64,000 nucleotides of DNA from Mobula hypostoma (GCF_963921235.1 NC_086097.1:240190001-240254000); one strand, 5' to 3'. Positions 1 through 12,229 are shown, counted from the first letter of the stretch. Numbers and translations are program-made. The notes: generated by a model from the sequence alone, not told the origin.

Positions 1-950
1 TTATTGTTCACTTCTTGTGTTTCATTGCTCCAGCTGTTTTAATGGTTCCCTACTGCTGAAACAGTAGTAATAACACTTCCCACTGTATCATGAACATCTA
101 CATTGATTTTAGAGTCTTATAAACAATATAATTAATTCCACTGGGAAACTGCAATGCTTTGAGTGAAATACCTCCGCAAAAGGCCATAAAGGTATCATTG
201 GGAAGGGTTTATGTTTTGATGAGGGCAATTTATTCTGTGAGTGATAGTAAAATATGGTGCAGCAAAACTAATCAGTGCAGGGGCCTGTATGAAGCATCAA
301 TGCAGATGTCCCATAGGATAGAGTACAAAAAACCACAAACTTCCACAGAAGCGTTCCAGTCCAAAAAGATAGGCAACTTGTAACTAACCCTTGGCTGCAT
401 CAGGAAAAAGGAAGAAAGAATGCCGGTGAGGATTTTTGCTCTTTGTGACTGAAAGTTTCCTTGATCAAACCACATAGTTTCATTATAAATAATGAATGCC
501 TGAGCTGGATAATCTGTTCTCCTAGGATTGAAAAGTATATCAAGAAGATTTAACGAATAATGGATTCTTTCAGCTGTAAGTTCTAAAACATGGAATAATC
601 TTACAACAGCTAAAAAAGAAGTTTTATACCATTTTACATTGCAGAGTCATAAAATTTTTAAAGAAGGACCAATGTGGTCAGAACAAAATGCATTCCTTTC
701 ATTTATCTCTGAGAAATGGTTGAGTAAATTTTGAACTCAGTGAGCTGGAGACTGCAGGCAATGCATGCACATGTTTGTACTTACTTCCAGCAGGGTGTAC
801 TGGCTCAAACAAGTTCATTTAAGAGGTATCTCACACCCACATTAAAGTCATTTTGACTTGCACAAGTTATGTTCCATAGGCAACACTATCCAAATTGCCA
901 CCTTTTTCTTCTTCTAACTTTCTTGTCTATGGCATAAACATCAACAGGAA

Positions 951-1391
951 TGTTATGTCTTAGTTTGGAAAAAATTAGTAGAACTTTTGATCCCCGATTT
1001 GATTTTGAGAGAAGGTGGAGCTCTTTTGCTAAATATTATCATTTAATTTGAATCAATTTACATGGTTTCCTTCCCATTTTATGTTATATAATTGTGATTT
1101 GGCGGTTAGTGTTTTCTTTTTCTTCTTTTATCTATATAAATGATTGTAAGACGTATTGCTCCAGGGGTCGGTTCCTAATGGTTTTTTTCTTTTTTCTTTT
1201 TTTGTTTTATAGTTAGTGGGTTTTTTTTTAGTTAGCTGGGGTTCTCTTTTTTCCTTCTTTTCCTTTTATAAATCTTTTTTCATTAGCATATATGTTTTTT
1301 TCAGCTTTATTAATTATATATATACTAATTTGTTGAATTTCTGTATTTTATAGCTGTAGAAGATTATATATTAATAAAAAGATTTAAAATG
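951..1391 (+). mobile_element. 5'-truncated L1-clade LINE 3' end (ORF2 C-terminus plus T-rich 3' UTR) with 17-bp TSD
   Basis: Perfect direct repeat ATAAACATCAACAGGAA at 934-950 and 1392-1408. The start encodes a degenerate LSLEKI...RW motif like the L1 ORF2 end at 29886-30206. AATAAA lies near 1373. Confidence 0.8.
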
Positions 1392-1454
1392 ATAAACATC
1401 AACAGGAAGGTACAAAGAGAAAATAGAAGCAGAATGGGGGGTGGGGGGTGAAGG

Positions 1455-1830
1455 TTGGAATCTCAAAGAAACCTACTAAGAATTGAATGGCCAAGATAGA
1501 CTGGACATGCAGAGAATATTTTCAATAGTGGGAGTGTCTGGGACCTGAGGGTACAGCCTCTGAATAGAAGGATGCCCTTTAGAACACAGAGGTGAGGAGT
1601 ATTATCTTTAGCCGTAGGGTGGCGAATATGCAGAAAACATTGCTACAGTCAGCTGTGGAGGCCAAGTCATTGGATACATTTAAAGTGGAGGTTGATCTGT
1701 TCTTGATTCAAAAGGGTGTCAAAGGTTATGGGGAGAAGGCAGAGGAATGTGGTTGAGAGAGAGAATAAATCTGTCCTGATGGAATGATGGAGCAGACTTG
1801 ATGGGCTGAATGGCCTAATTCTAATTCCAT
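1455..1830 (+). mobile_element. Decayed CR1 LINE 3' fragment
   Basis: Same GHSLRIEG.PFRTE...AVEA.SL region and GGGCTGAATGGCCTAATTCT 3' UTR as other CR1 copies. Lies tail-to-tail with the next element. Confidence 0.8.
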
Positions 1831-3068
1831 GACCATAAGACCATAAAACATTAGGAGCAGAATTAGGCCATCTGGCCCGTCGAGTCTGCTCCGTCATTCA
1901 ATCATGGCTGGTCCTTTTTTTTATCTCCTCCTCAAACCCAGTTCCCAGCCTTCTCCCCATGACCTTTGATGCCATGTCCAATCAAGAACCTATCAATCTC
2001 TGCCTTAAGTACACCCAATGACCTGGCCTCCACAGCTGCATGTGGCAACAAATTCCACAAATTCACCACCCTGTGTCTAAAGAAATTTCTCCGCATCTCT
2101 TTTTTGAAAGGGCGACCCTCTATCCTGAGGCTGTGCCCTCTTGTCCTAGACTCTCCCACCATGGAGATCCTTTTCACATCTACTCTGTCTAGGTATTTCA
2201 ATATTCGAAAGGTTTCAATGAGATCCCACCTCATCCTTCTGAATTCCTGTGAGTACAGACTCAGCGCCATCAAACGTTTCTTGTATGATAACACTTTCAT
2301 TCCCAGAATCATCCTTGTGAACCTCCTCTGGACCCTCTCCAATGCCAGCATGTATTTTCTAAGATGAAGGGTCCAAAACTGTTCACAATACTCAAGGTGA
2401 GGCCTCACCAGTGCCTTATACAGCCTCAGCATCACATCCTCGCTCTTGTATTCTAGACCTCTTCAAATGAATTTGCCTTCCTCACCACCAACTCAACCTG
2501 TAAGTTAACCTTCAGGGTGTTCTGCACAACGATTCCCAAGTCCCTCTGCATCTCAGATTCTTGGATTTTCTCCCTGTTTAGAAAATAGTCTGCACATTTA
2601 TTTCTATTACTAAAGAGCATGACCATGCATTTTCTAACATTGTATTTCATTTGCCACTTTCTTGCCCATTCTCCGAATCTGTCCAAGTCCTTCTGCATCC
2701 TACTTGTTTCCTGAACACTACTTGCCCCTCCACCAATCTTCGTATCAGCTGCAAAATTGGCAACAAAGCTATCTATTCCATCATCTAAATCATTTATATA
2801 CAACATAAAAAGAAGTGATCCCAATACCAACCGCTGTGGAACATCAGTAGTCACTGGCAGCCAACCAGAAGAGGATCCTTTTATTCCCACTCACTGCCTC
2901 CTACCAATCAGCCAATGCTCTAACCAGGTTAGTGACTTTCCTGTAATACCATGGGCTCATAACTTTGTAAGCACCCTCATGTATGGCACCTTGTCAAGGC
3001 CTTCTGAAAGTTTAAATATACAACATCCACTGCATCCCCTTTATCCTACTTGTAATCTCCTCAAAGAA
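1831..3068 (-). mobile_element. CR1 LINE, 5'-truncated (RT domain to 3' tail)
   Basis: ORFs 2453-2890 (VPQ..VLG.LLF..YINDL..FAADTKIGG) and 1932-2435 (LYKALVRPHLEYC). (CTTATGGT)n tail at 1831-1850. Confidence 0.95.
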
Positions 3069-3354
3069 GAACATGTCATATGTTCTTATAATCATATGGT
3101 CTGGCAAATGATCTGGAAGTACTCAGAACATCAGACAAAATCTGAGAATGGGAGAGGCAGAAATCTTGTTTCAGGTCAATGACTCATCTTCATTGACTGA
3201 TCTAACTTCACAGGTTTTGCACCATTAAACTAAGTCAAGGTTTTCCTCTTTATTGGCAATTACTATGAATTATGATACTTGCTTCTGCTCAGAGTTGTTT
3301 ACATGTGTTTTTTATAATAATATTTATCTGGATAGATTTCCCACTGTTCAGAAT

Positions 3355-4200
3355 TCACAAAGTCAAAGACCATTTATAATCAGTGTACGTAGATATCACT
3401 TTATACTTACCTTGAGATTAATTTTGTTGCAGGTGAACTGAAGAATACAATATATCAATGAAAACTAAACACAAAGACTGACAAACAATGTGCAAAAAAA
3501 GACAAACAGTGCAAATAAAAACAAATAAGTAAATAGGTATTAATCAAAAGTCCTGGACACATGTAGAGAAAATTTTGTAAAGCAAAGGTGCTTTCAAAGA
3601 TAATTAAATATGTTTCTAAATATCAAAAAAGCGACTATAAAGAGCAGTAAACAGTAAAAGACTAAATCAAATCAATATTTGAAATGATCCCCCCCCCCCC
3701 CTTTTACATTTAAATCCGCATCAATTCTCTTTGGTGCACTGTCAAGTAGTTTTATTAGAAATTTGGCTGGTAGGTAGTTCCAAGCATCTTGGAGAACTTG
3801 CCACAGTTCTTCTGCAGGCTTTAGATGTCTCACTTGCTTCTGCCCTTCCAGGTAATCCAGATCACTTCAATGATGTTGAAATCAAGGCTGTGTGGAGACC
3901 ATACCATCTATAACCATATAAAAAATCTAGGGTGCCAAAGACTTTTGCACAGTGCTGTAAATAAACGAATGATACTGAGATCATGGGTGTGGAATCCTTG
4001 AAAATGAACCTGTAGGTTGTGGAAGCCATTCAAAGTTGAAGTGAGTGAAATTATGCACACTCGTTCAGGAGCCTGATGGTTGAAGGGTAACATCTGTTCC
4101 TGAAGCTGGTGGTGTGAGACCTTGGGCTTCTGTACCTCTTTCCCAATACCGGCAGCAAGAAGAGAATATGTCCTGGATGGTGGAGATCTTTGATGACGGA
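3355..4200 (-). mobile_element. Rex1/Babar-type LINE 3' fragment, interrupted by a Tc1 remnant
   Basis: IKDLHHPGH.LF.LL..GKRYRS and FRN..YPSTIRLLN motifs (ORFs 3908-4210, 4051-4365), followed by the 3' UTR shared with many copies. Confidence 0.8.
3540..3958. mobile_element. Tc1/mariner-type non-autonomous DNA transposon remnant
   Basis: Right end CTAGGGTGCCAAAGACTTTTGCACAGTGCTGTA matches the TIR at 23067-23616. A degenerate left TIR (CAAAAGTCCTGGACAC) lies near 3545. Splits the Rex1 3' UTR. Confidence 0.65.
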
Positions 4201-4729
4201 TTCTGTCCATATATAATAATCAGAAAATCGCAATGTCCACCAGTTAAGACCTTTGCTGGAAGGAGCGGCAGAATCTCTTCTGCTGCACTTCGGTTTGGCA
4301 GTCACCAACTGAGCAACCATATTGTGTGCAGTTGTCAGACCATCAGACAAAAGCAATGGGCACACCGTTATTGCCAGGACTACCCATCTGATCTAGACAC
4401 CATCTGCAAAAGTGTGTCTGCAGAAATACTGCAGATAGTATTATCTGCCTAACCCTCCATAAATATTGCAAATCTTTCCTGCATGTGCAAGGGGAACAGT
4501 TCTATCCAGTTTGGTTGTTACTTCACATAATTGCTATTAAATATAAAGAATGGACAAGAGTCAGTGAGTAAATAATACTGGATATCAATGAGTTCTTTTG
4601 CAGCAGTGTGACACTTCATATTGCACTGGATGGGATGAGGGACGTTTGTGGGCTTTCAGCTTATTCCAGTAGCCCAATTAATTCAAGAGAGGAGGCTACA
4701 CACAGATCTGAGAAAGTGGTTTTAAAAGA

Positions 4730-6420
4730 AGCATTCATGGGCTTCTGGCTTCTTCTGGTGGCCCAATCAAATCGTGATTCACTACCAAGGATAAATAAAA
4801 ATTAGGTAAGGACAAGCGGAGTGGCCACTGTGTGAGAGGAGCAGTATTAGAGTGGGAAGACTTTGACTCAACAGCCTTGGGTGAGATAAGATTCTGGTCA
4901 GTTTCTTCTTCTATATTCTCCATCAGTTAATGCAGTGAGAATGGCTCCAGGGGTTATAATGTGTTCTTTGTGTGAGATGTGCAAATCCTGGGAGACCTAC
5001 AGCATTCCAGATAACCACATCCATATCAGATGCATCAAGTTGCAGCTCCTCAAAGAATGTGCTAAGGAACTGGAGCTGCAGCTGGATGGGAGACAGAGGA
5101 GGTGAAAGATTGGAGCTACAGAGAGGTAGTCACCCCTAGGTTGCTGAAGGCAGGTGCCAGGGTGACTGTCAGGAGAAGCAAAGGAAATGGACAGCTAGTG
5201 CAGAGTACACCCATGGCCATTCCCCTTAATAATAACTATACCACTTTGGATACTAATCGGGGGATGACCTACTGAAGGGGAGGTACCGCAACTGGATCTC
5301 TGGCAGAGAGTCTAGTGCTGTGACTCAGAAGAGATGGCAGCAGAAGAGGACTTCAGTAGTGATAGGGGATTCCACAGACAGAGGAGTAGACGTGAGATTC
5401 TGTGGATGTGAAAGAGGCACCTGGATGGTCTGTTGCTTCCCAGGGCCAGAGTCATGGATGCTTTGAACATTCTAAAGAGGATGTGTGAGCAGCCAGATGT
5501 CCTGGTACATAGTGAAATAAGTAAAAAAAAAAGGGAAGAGATCCTGAAGAGAGAACTTAGGGAGTCATGTAGAAAGCTTAAAAACAGGAACTCCAGGTTA
5601 GTAATATCTGGATTGCTGCCTGTGCCACACACCAACGAGGGTAAGAATAAGATGATTTGGCTGAGGAACTGGTGCAGGGAGCAGGGCTTCAAATTTCTGG
5701 ATGATTGGGATCTCTTCTGGAGAAGGTAAGACCTGTACAAAAAGGAACACCTGATTCCGAGGGGGACCAATATCCATGAGGGTAGGTTTGCTACAGCTGT
5801 TGGGGAAGGTTTAAGCTAAATTGGCATGGGGATGGGAACCAGAGTGATAGGGTTGATGATGGAGCAGTTGGTTTAAAAGCAGAGACAGTGTGTAGTGTGA
5901 CTATCAGGAAGGACAGGAAGATGATAGGGCAAAATTGCATTCAGTGGGATGAGCAGCAGTGTAACATAGGGACAAAGATTAGGAAGTGTGATGAATACAG
6001 GGCTGAAGGTGTTATCACAAACAAGTGAAAATCTGCAGATGCTGGAAACCCAAGCAACACACTCAAAATGCTGAAGGAACTCAGAAGGCCAGGCAACATT
6101 TAGGAAAAGAGTACTCCTCGATTTTGTGTGTGTTGCACTGAAGGTGTTATATTTGAATGTATGCAGTATACAGAATAAGGTAGATGATCTTGTAGCAGTA
6201 GAGATTGGCCGGTATGACACTGTGGGCATCACTGGGTCGGGACTGAAAGAAGATTATAGCTGGGAGCTTAACATCCAAGGATACATATTGTATCAAAAGG
6301 ACGGGCATGATGGGAGAGGGGTAGGGTGGCTCTGTTGGTAAAAAATTGAAATTAAATCCTTGGAAAGGGGTGACATAGGATTAGAAGATGCTGAATTCTT
6401 GTGGGTAGAATTAAAAATGT
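4730..6420 (+). mobile_element. CR1 LINE 5' portion: 5' UTR, ORF1 (zinc finger/leucine zipper plus SGNH esterase) and start of ORF2 APE endonuclease
   Basis: ATG near 4941 gives MAPGVIMCSLCEM...C.KLQLL. Then VIGDS, CCFPGARV and ISGLLPVP...WLRNWCREQGFKFLD esterase motifs (ORF 5433-5729), and LKVLYLN..SI.NKVD.L...VGIT at 6138-6341. Many lesions. Confidence 0.85.
6016..6137. mobile_element. Short fold-back Penelope-derived insertion with 13-bp TSD
   Basis: Perfect TSD CTGAAGGTGTTAT at 6003-6015 and 6138-6150. Contains the PLE terminal sequence (CTGCAGATGCTGGAAA...GCAACACAC.CAAAATGCTG) and ends with its reverse complement ATTTTGTGTGTGTTGC. Confidence 0.85.
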
Positions 6421-6459
6421 CCCTCTGCTTACCTACTTGTCCTTTGATACAGTGTGTAT

Positions 6460-7935
6460 CTTTGTTTGTTAAGCTCCCATGCAGCACAAGGAAAACACAA
6501 GAAAAAGAACACAATAGTAATAAAAACATAATAAATATAAATACATAAGATAGTTTATATATACATTGATTGATTGTATGTACATAAAGTGACACTGGGC
6601 AGAGGAGTATCTGTGTGTCTGTACATAAGGTGACTCTGACAGGAAATGATAAAGTAGTGGTGGTTGGGGGGTGTGGAGGGGTGGATTAGTGGGTGGAGGT
6701 GTTAATCTGTCTTATTGCTTGGGTAAGTAACTTTTTTTGAGTCTGGTGGTCCTGGCGTGGATGCTATGAGGCCTCCTCCCTCATGGGTATGGGACAAACA
6801 GTCCATGAGCAGGGAGGGGGGGGATCCTTCATGATGTTATTGGCCCTTTTCCTGCACTTTTCTGTATATACTCTATGTCCTTGATGGTGGGTAGGATGGT
6901 ATCCCCTGGTGATGTGTTGGGCAGGTTTGGCTGCCTGTTGCAGAGCCTTCCTGTCTGTCGCAGACCATGCAATGATGCATGTTAGGGTGCTCACTACAGC
7001 GCCATCTGTAGAATGACGTGAATATCGATGGAGTCATTGAGAATACAGCACCAAAACTGGCCTTTAGGCCCATCTAGTCAATGCCCAAACCACTTAAACT
7101 GCCTACTTCCATCAATCTGCACCGGACCCTTAGCCCAGCTCTCGGTGACGTACATTGCCCAGCTCTGTTCGACCTCCTCAGAAAGTAGAGTCGTCGGTGA
7201 ACTTTCCTGATTGTGGTGTCATGTGTTCTGGGACCATGAGAGGTTGTGTGAGATGTGCACTCCCAGGAGTTTGAAAGTACTCACAGTTTCCACTGCTCTG
7301 TCGCTGAGGCAAAGAGGGGTGTGAGTGGTGTGGGTTCTCTTGATGTCAATAACTATCTCCTTTCTCTTGTTGATGCTGAGGGAGAGGTTATTTACCTGGC
7401 ACCAGACCCTGAGCTCTTTCACCTCCTCTCTGTAGGCCGTCCCATCATTGTTGGAGATGTGCCCCTCCACTATCATGTCATCAGCGAATTTGACAATGGG
7501 ATTGCTCGTGTGTTTGGCCGTGCAGCTGTGTGTGAGCAAAGAGTACTGCAATGGGAGCACACAGCCCTAGGGGTCACCCGTGCTGAGGATGATCGGGAGG
7601 GAGGGGTGCTTGTGCATTCAAACTATCTGAGGTCTGTTCGTTAGGAAGTCCAACACCCAGAGGTGTATTTAGACCCAGGAATAGGAATTTAATCACCAAG
7701 GTCCGTGGGACAATAGTATTGTATGCCGGACTGTAATCTAGAAAACAGCTTTGTTTTCTAGGTGTGTCAGGGCCAGGTGCATGACAGACACTATAGCATC
7801 TGTCGTAGAGCATTTCTATCGGTAAGCAGATTCTTGAGTGTCCAGTGCTGCAGGAATGGAGTTTTTGTATGTGTCATTATCAGCTGTTCAAAGCACTTCA
7901 TGATGACCGGTGTCAGTACTACCGGGCGGTGGTCG
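6460..7935 (-). mobile_element. Rex1/Babar-type LINE, RT domain to 3' UTR (contains a ~100 bp CR1 3' tip at ~7035-7135)
   Basis: ORF 7219-7560 (IVKFADD..V.GHISNND.TAYREEV..L..WC..NNL.L.I.K.KE) and FLDYSPAYNTIVP in ORF 7574-7813. Confidence 0.9.
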
Positions 7936-7944
7936 TTTAAAAGT

Positions 7945-8136
7945 TGCAAAACTGACGTATGTCATGAAATTTTTTACTGTAGCAATGCAGTGGAATACTT
8001 AAAAAGTACCGTTTGTTACAGTGAGAAAGAAATAATAGATAATAAGTAGTGCAAAAAACGAGGTAGTGCTCATGGGTTCAAGGCCTGTTCAGAAATCTGT
8101 AGGCGGGGGGAAGAAGTTGTTCCTTAAACTGTGTGT

Positions 8137-8174
<38 letters not shown>

Positions 8175-8470
8175 AGGATCTTGTACCTCCTCCCATACGG
8201 TAAGGATAATAAGAAGGCATGCCCTGGGTAGTAAGGGTCCTTAATGTTGGATTCCACCTTCTGGAGGCATCTCCCTCAATAGTAGGGAGGCTAGCACCCA
8301 TGATAGAGCCAAAATTCAAAGTTTAATGTAAAACTTTAATCGAAGTACATATATGTCACTGTACACTACACTACCCTGAGAGTTTTGCCTGCATTCACAG
8401 TAGAAATAAAGAAACGGAATAGATCAATGAAAAACTAACGACAAACAAAGACAGACAAGTAACCAATGTG
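7945..8470 (-). mobile_element. Two adjacent Rex1-type 3' fragments, with a (GT)n(CT)n microsatellite at ~8130-8172
   Basis: IKDPY.PGHAF...YGRRYK motif on the minus strand at 8180-8250. A second 3' UTR with a (TTTGAA)-type tail starts ~8312. Confidence 0.65.
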
Positions 8471-8472
8471 CT

Positions 8473-8802
8473 TGTCAGTTTTGTGGGTTGTTGCAAAAAG
8501 ATGCAATGAAGAACCAAGCAACTGGAAATTCTTATAGTGACAAATAACACACATCTCAGGCCATTGAGCCTGTCGTGCTTCTACTCGTCCTTGCTTTCAT
8601 TCGCCGGATGAGTTTGATTGTGACGTATTGATATGTAACTTGCCTATTTCTAATTTTAACTCATCCTTTTTCACAAAAGGATAACTCCTGCGAGAAGAAA
8701 AAGTACTCATCGAAAAGTTCAAATGAGCATACTCTCATTTTGCCCAACTCACTTTCCCTTCTGTATCTCTTCACTGCATACATACAACGCAAAATGAAGA
8801 CA
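8473..8802. mobile_element. Possible solo LTR
   Basis: TGTC...GACA termini with flanks TGCT/GGCT (4-bp TSD with one mismatch). No similarity to the other repeats in the window. Confidence 0.3.
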
Positions 8803-9412
8803 GGCTAAAGATTTTGTTTTATGACCATAACACCATAATCCCTAGGATGTGTAACAATATTCTGTCAAGCCATGTATAGCACCATAATAGGCATCTACCC
8901 ACAGAGAAAAGTGTATCATATTGTGCCAGAATATAGAATTACTCACTGCACCATATGTTTGAAATTTCTACATCTGCCCTGCACTTCATTCAAAGCCTTG
9001 CATGGTAAATAAGTCCCATTGCACATATTATTCTGGCCAGTGTTAACGGCAGATAAATGTCCCTGATGATATACTGATGATGATCATTGGAACAGTAAAA
9101 CAAACACTGAAATCAGAATGATTTGATCGCAAAGAACACTCAAATGGGCAATATAGTCTGCATTGCTTGTCTGGTCTCCTATTACATAATCTCATAACAG
9201 CAAGGCAAAAAGCATTACTGGTCAAGTTTACATTTAGGATTCAAAAAACAAAAACAATTGTCTTAAGTTTCTAATATCAATAAATCTTGGTGGTTCAGGG
9301 GATAATTGAAATCTATAAGGAACGCCGCCACACAGAAACAGCATCCATGATCAAGGACACCCACCATCCCCCAGGCCATCCTCTCTTCTCGCTGCTGCCA
9401 TTGGGAAAGAGG

Positions 9413-9787
9413 TACCCCATCCGTTATTTATATACACACATTCTTTCTCTCACTCTCCTTTTTCTCCCTCTGTCCCTCTGACTATACCCCTTGTCCATCC
9501 TCTGGGCCTTCCCCCCCCCCACCCTTTTCCTTCTCCCTGGGCCTCCTGTCCCACGATCCTCTCATATCCCCTTTGCCTATCACCTGTCCAGCTCTTGGCT
9601 CCATCCCTCCCCCTCCTGTCTTCTCCTATCATTTCGGATCTCCCCCTCCCCCTCCCACTTTCAAATCCCTTACTAACTCTTCCTTCAGTTAGTCCTGACG
9701 AAGGGTCTCGGCCTGAAACGTCGACTGTACCTCTTCCTAGAGATGCTGCCCGGCCTGCTGCGTTCACCAGCAACTTTGATGTGTGTT
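9413..9787 (+). mobile_element. Penelope-like element terminal repeat (pLTR) copy
   Basis: Close reverse complement of 10107-10497, the 3' end of the Penelope element. Pyrimidine-rich. Contains a hammerhead core. Confidence 0.9.
9686..9727 (+). ncRNA. Minimal type I hammerhead ribozyme
   Basis: AGTC-CTGACGA-AGGGTCTCGGCCT-GAAA-CG-TC-GACT: stem I AGTC/GACT, CUGAnGA box, stem II, GAAA box, palindromic ACGT in place of stem III. Predicted cleavage after GUC at 9722. Confidence 0.8.
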
Positions 9788-10106
9788 ACTTGTTTATGTA
9801 TTATTTTTTATCTCCGCTAGATTATGTATTGCATTGAACTGCTGTTGCTAAGTGAACAAATTTTGCGTCACATGCTGGTGATAAGAAACCTGATTTTGAT
9901 TCTGATTCTGCAATCCGCAGCCTGTAATTTCCCTTTAAGAAAACTACATTGGTACCATCTAAATGAATTAGTGATTTTGCAATCTCCTGAAGAATTCGGC
10001 AAACTTGAGTCTTGGGAATTTAGGAATAGCACCTTGAGCATGATGGCCAGCAATTGCTGAGACGAACTTCAGGCCATATTAAAGCGCCGAGCCATGTTAA
10101 AGTATC

Positions 10107-12178
10107 GAGCAACACACATAAAAATTGCTGGTGAACGCAGCAGGCCAGGCAGCATCTATGGGAAGAGGTACAGTCAACATTTCGGACTGAGACCCTTCGT
10201 CAGGACTAACTGAAAGAAGAGCTAGTAAGAGATTTGAAAGTGGGAGGGGGAGGGGGAGATCCGAAATGATAGGAGAAGACAGGAGGGGGAGGGATGGAGC
10301 CAAGAGCTGGACAGGTGATTGGCAAAGGGGATATGAGAGGATCATGGGACAGGAGGCCCAGGGAGAAAGAAAAGGGGGAGGGGCAAGCCCAGAAGATGGA
10401 CAGGGAGTATAGTGAGAGGGACAGAGGGAGAAAAAGGAGAGAGAGAAAAAAATATATAATAATAAATAAATAAATAAATAAATAATGGATGGGGTACGAG
10501 GGGGAGGCGGGGCATTAGCGGAAGTTAGAGAAGTCAATGTTCATGCCATCAGGTTGGAGGCCACCCAGACGGAATATAAGGTGTTGTTCCTCCAACTTGA
10601 GTGTGGCTTCATCTTTACAGTAGAGGAGGCCGTGGATAGACATATCAGAATGGGAATGGGACATGGATTTAAAATGTGTGGCCACTGGGATATCCTGCTT
10701 TCTCTGGTGGACAGAGCGTAGTTGTTCAGCGAAATGGTCTCCCAGTCTGTGTCGGGTCTCGCCAATATATTGAAGGCCACATCGGGAGCACCGGACATAG
10801 TATATCACCCCAGCTGACTCATAGGTGAAGTGTCACCCCACCAGGAAGGACTGTCTGGGGCCCTGAATGGTGGTAAGGGAGGATGTGTAAGGGCAGGTGT
10901 AGCACTTGTTACGCTTACAAGGATAAGTGCCGGGAGAGAGATCGGTGGGAAGGGATGGTGGGGGAAACGAATGGACAAGGGAGTTGCGTAGGGAGTGATC
11001 CCTGTGGAAAGCAGAGAGGGGGGGAGGGAAAGATGTACTTAGTGGTGGGATCCCATTGGAGGTGGCGGAAGTTGTAGAGAATTATATGTTGGACCTGGAG
11101 ACTGGTGGGGTGGTAGGTGAGGACAAGGGGGAACCCTATTCCTAGTAGGGTGGCGGGAGGATGGGGTGAGAGCAGATGTGCGTGAAATAGGAGAGATGCA
11201 TTTGAGAGCAGAGTTGATGGTGGAGGAAGGGAAGCCCCTTTCTTTAAAAAAGGAGGACATCTCCTTCGTCCTGGAATGAAAAGCCTCATCCTGAGAGCAG
11301 ATGCGGCGGAGACGGAGGAATTGCGAGAAGGGGATGGCATTTTTGCAAGAGACAGGGTGAGAAGAGGAATAGTCCAGGTAGCTGTGAGAGTCCGTAGGCT
11401 CTTATAGGAGACATCAGTAGATAAGCTGTCTCCAGAGATAGAGACAGAAAGATCCAGAAAAGGGAGGGAGCTGTTGGAAATGGACCAGGTAAACTTGAGG
11501 GCAGGGTGAAAGTTGGAGGCAAAGTTAATGAAGTCAACAAGCTCAGCATGCGTGCAGGAAGCAGCGCCAATGCAGTCGTCGATGTAGCGAAGGAAAAGTG
11601 GGGGACAGATACCAGAATGGGTTTGGAACATAGATTGTTCCACAAAGCCAACAAAAAGGCAGGCATAGCTGGGACCCATACGTGTGCCCATAGCTACACC
11701 TTTAGTTTGGAGGAAGTGGGAGGAGCCAAAGGAGAAATTATTAAGAGTAAGGACTAATTCCACTAGACGGAGAGAGTGGTGGTAGAGGGGAACTGGTTAG
11801 GTCTGGAACCCAAAAAGAAGCGGAGAGCAGCTGAGACCTTCCTGATGGGGAATGGAAGTATATAGGGACTGGACATCCATGGTGAAAATAAAGCGGTGGG
11901 GGCCAGGGAACTTAAAATCATCGAAAAATTTCAGAGCGTGAGAAGTGTCACGAACATAGCTAGGAAGGGATTGAATGGGGGGGGGATAAAACAGTGTCGA
12001 AGTATGCAGAAATGAGTGCGGTGGGGCAGGAGCAAGCTGAGATAATGCGTCTACCTGGACAGGCAGGTTTATGGATCTTGGGTAGGAGGTAGAAACGGGA
12101 AGTGCGGGGTGTGGGAACTATAAGGTTGGTAGCAGTGGATGGGAGATCCCCTGAGCGGATGAAGTTGGTGATGGTTTG
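10107..12178 (-). mobile_element. Penelope-like element (Neptune-type), 5'-truncated: RT, Cys linker, GIY-YIG endonuclease, terminal repeat
   Basis: FYLLPKIHK (ORF 11960-12331), QTKGVAMGTRMGPSYA.LF, LRYIDD and LPFLD (ORF 10915-11763), CKRNKCYTCP linker near 10890-10920, IYYVRCSRCGLQYIGETR (ORF 10515-10808). Several frameshifts. Confidence 0.95.
10171..10212 (-). ncRNA. Minimal hammerhead ribozyme (slightly decayed) in the PLE 3' repeat
   Basis: Minus strand reads CAGTTAGTC-CTGACGA-AGGGTCTCAGTCC-GAAA-TG-TT-GACTG. Sense to the PLE ORF and downstream of the GIY-YIG stop. Confidence 0.7.
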
Positions 12179-12229
12179 AGGTCTGAGAGAAGAAAACAAA
12201 CTGGTGTTCAGCGCCATCTGCTTGCATTT

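Larger units (their letters stand above)
9315..9910 (+). mobile_element. Rex1-type 3' fragment with (GATTCT)n tail, interrupted by a PLE terminal repeat
   Basis: ASMIKDTHHPPGHPLFSLLPLGKRY at 9340-9415. The 3' UTR resumes ~9790 and ends GATTTTGATTCTGATTCTG. Confidence 0.75.

Noticed and set aside
1966..2367. Long ORFs antisense to CR1 RT (also 18286-18495, 58268-58615, 60720-61061)
   Set aside because: Shadow frames of the CR1 ORF2, with no independent coding evidence.
9450..9837. Recurrent ORFs such as LPLPLPLSN...SPDEGSRPETST (also at 10097, 48427, 54315) as a novel small protein family
   Set aside because: They are translations of the low-complexity PLE terminal repeat; SPDEGSRPETST is simply the hammerhead core. 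Starts and stops differ between copies.
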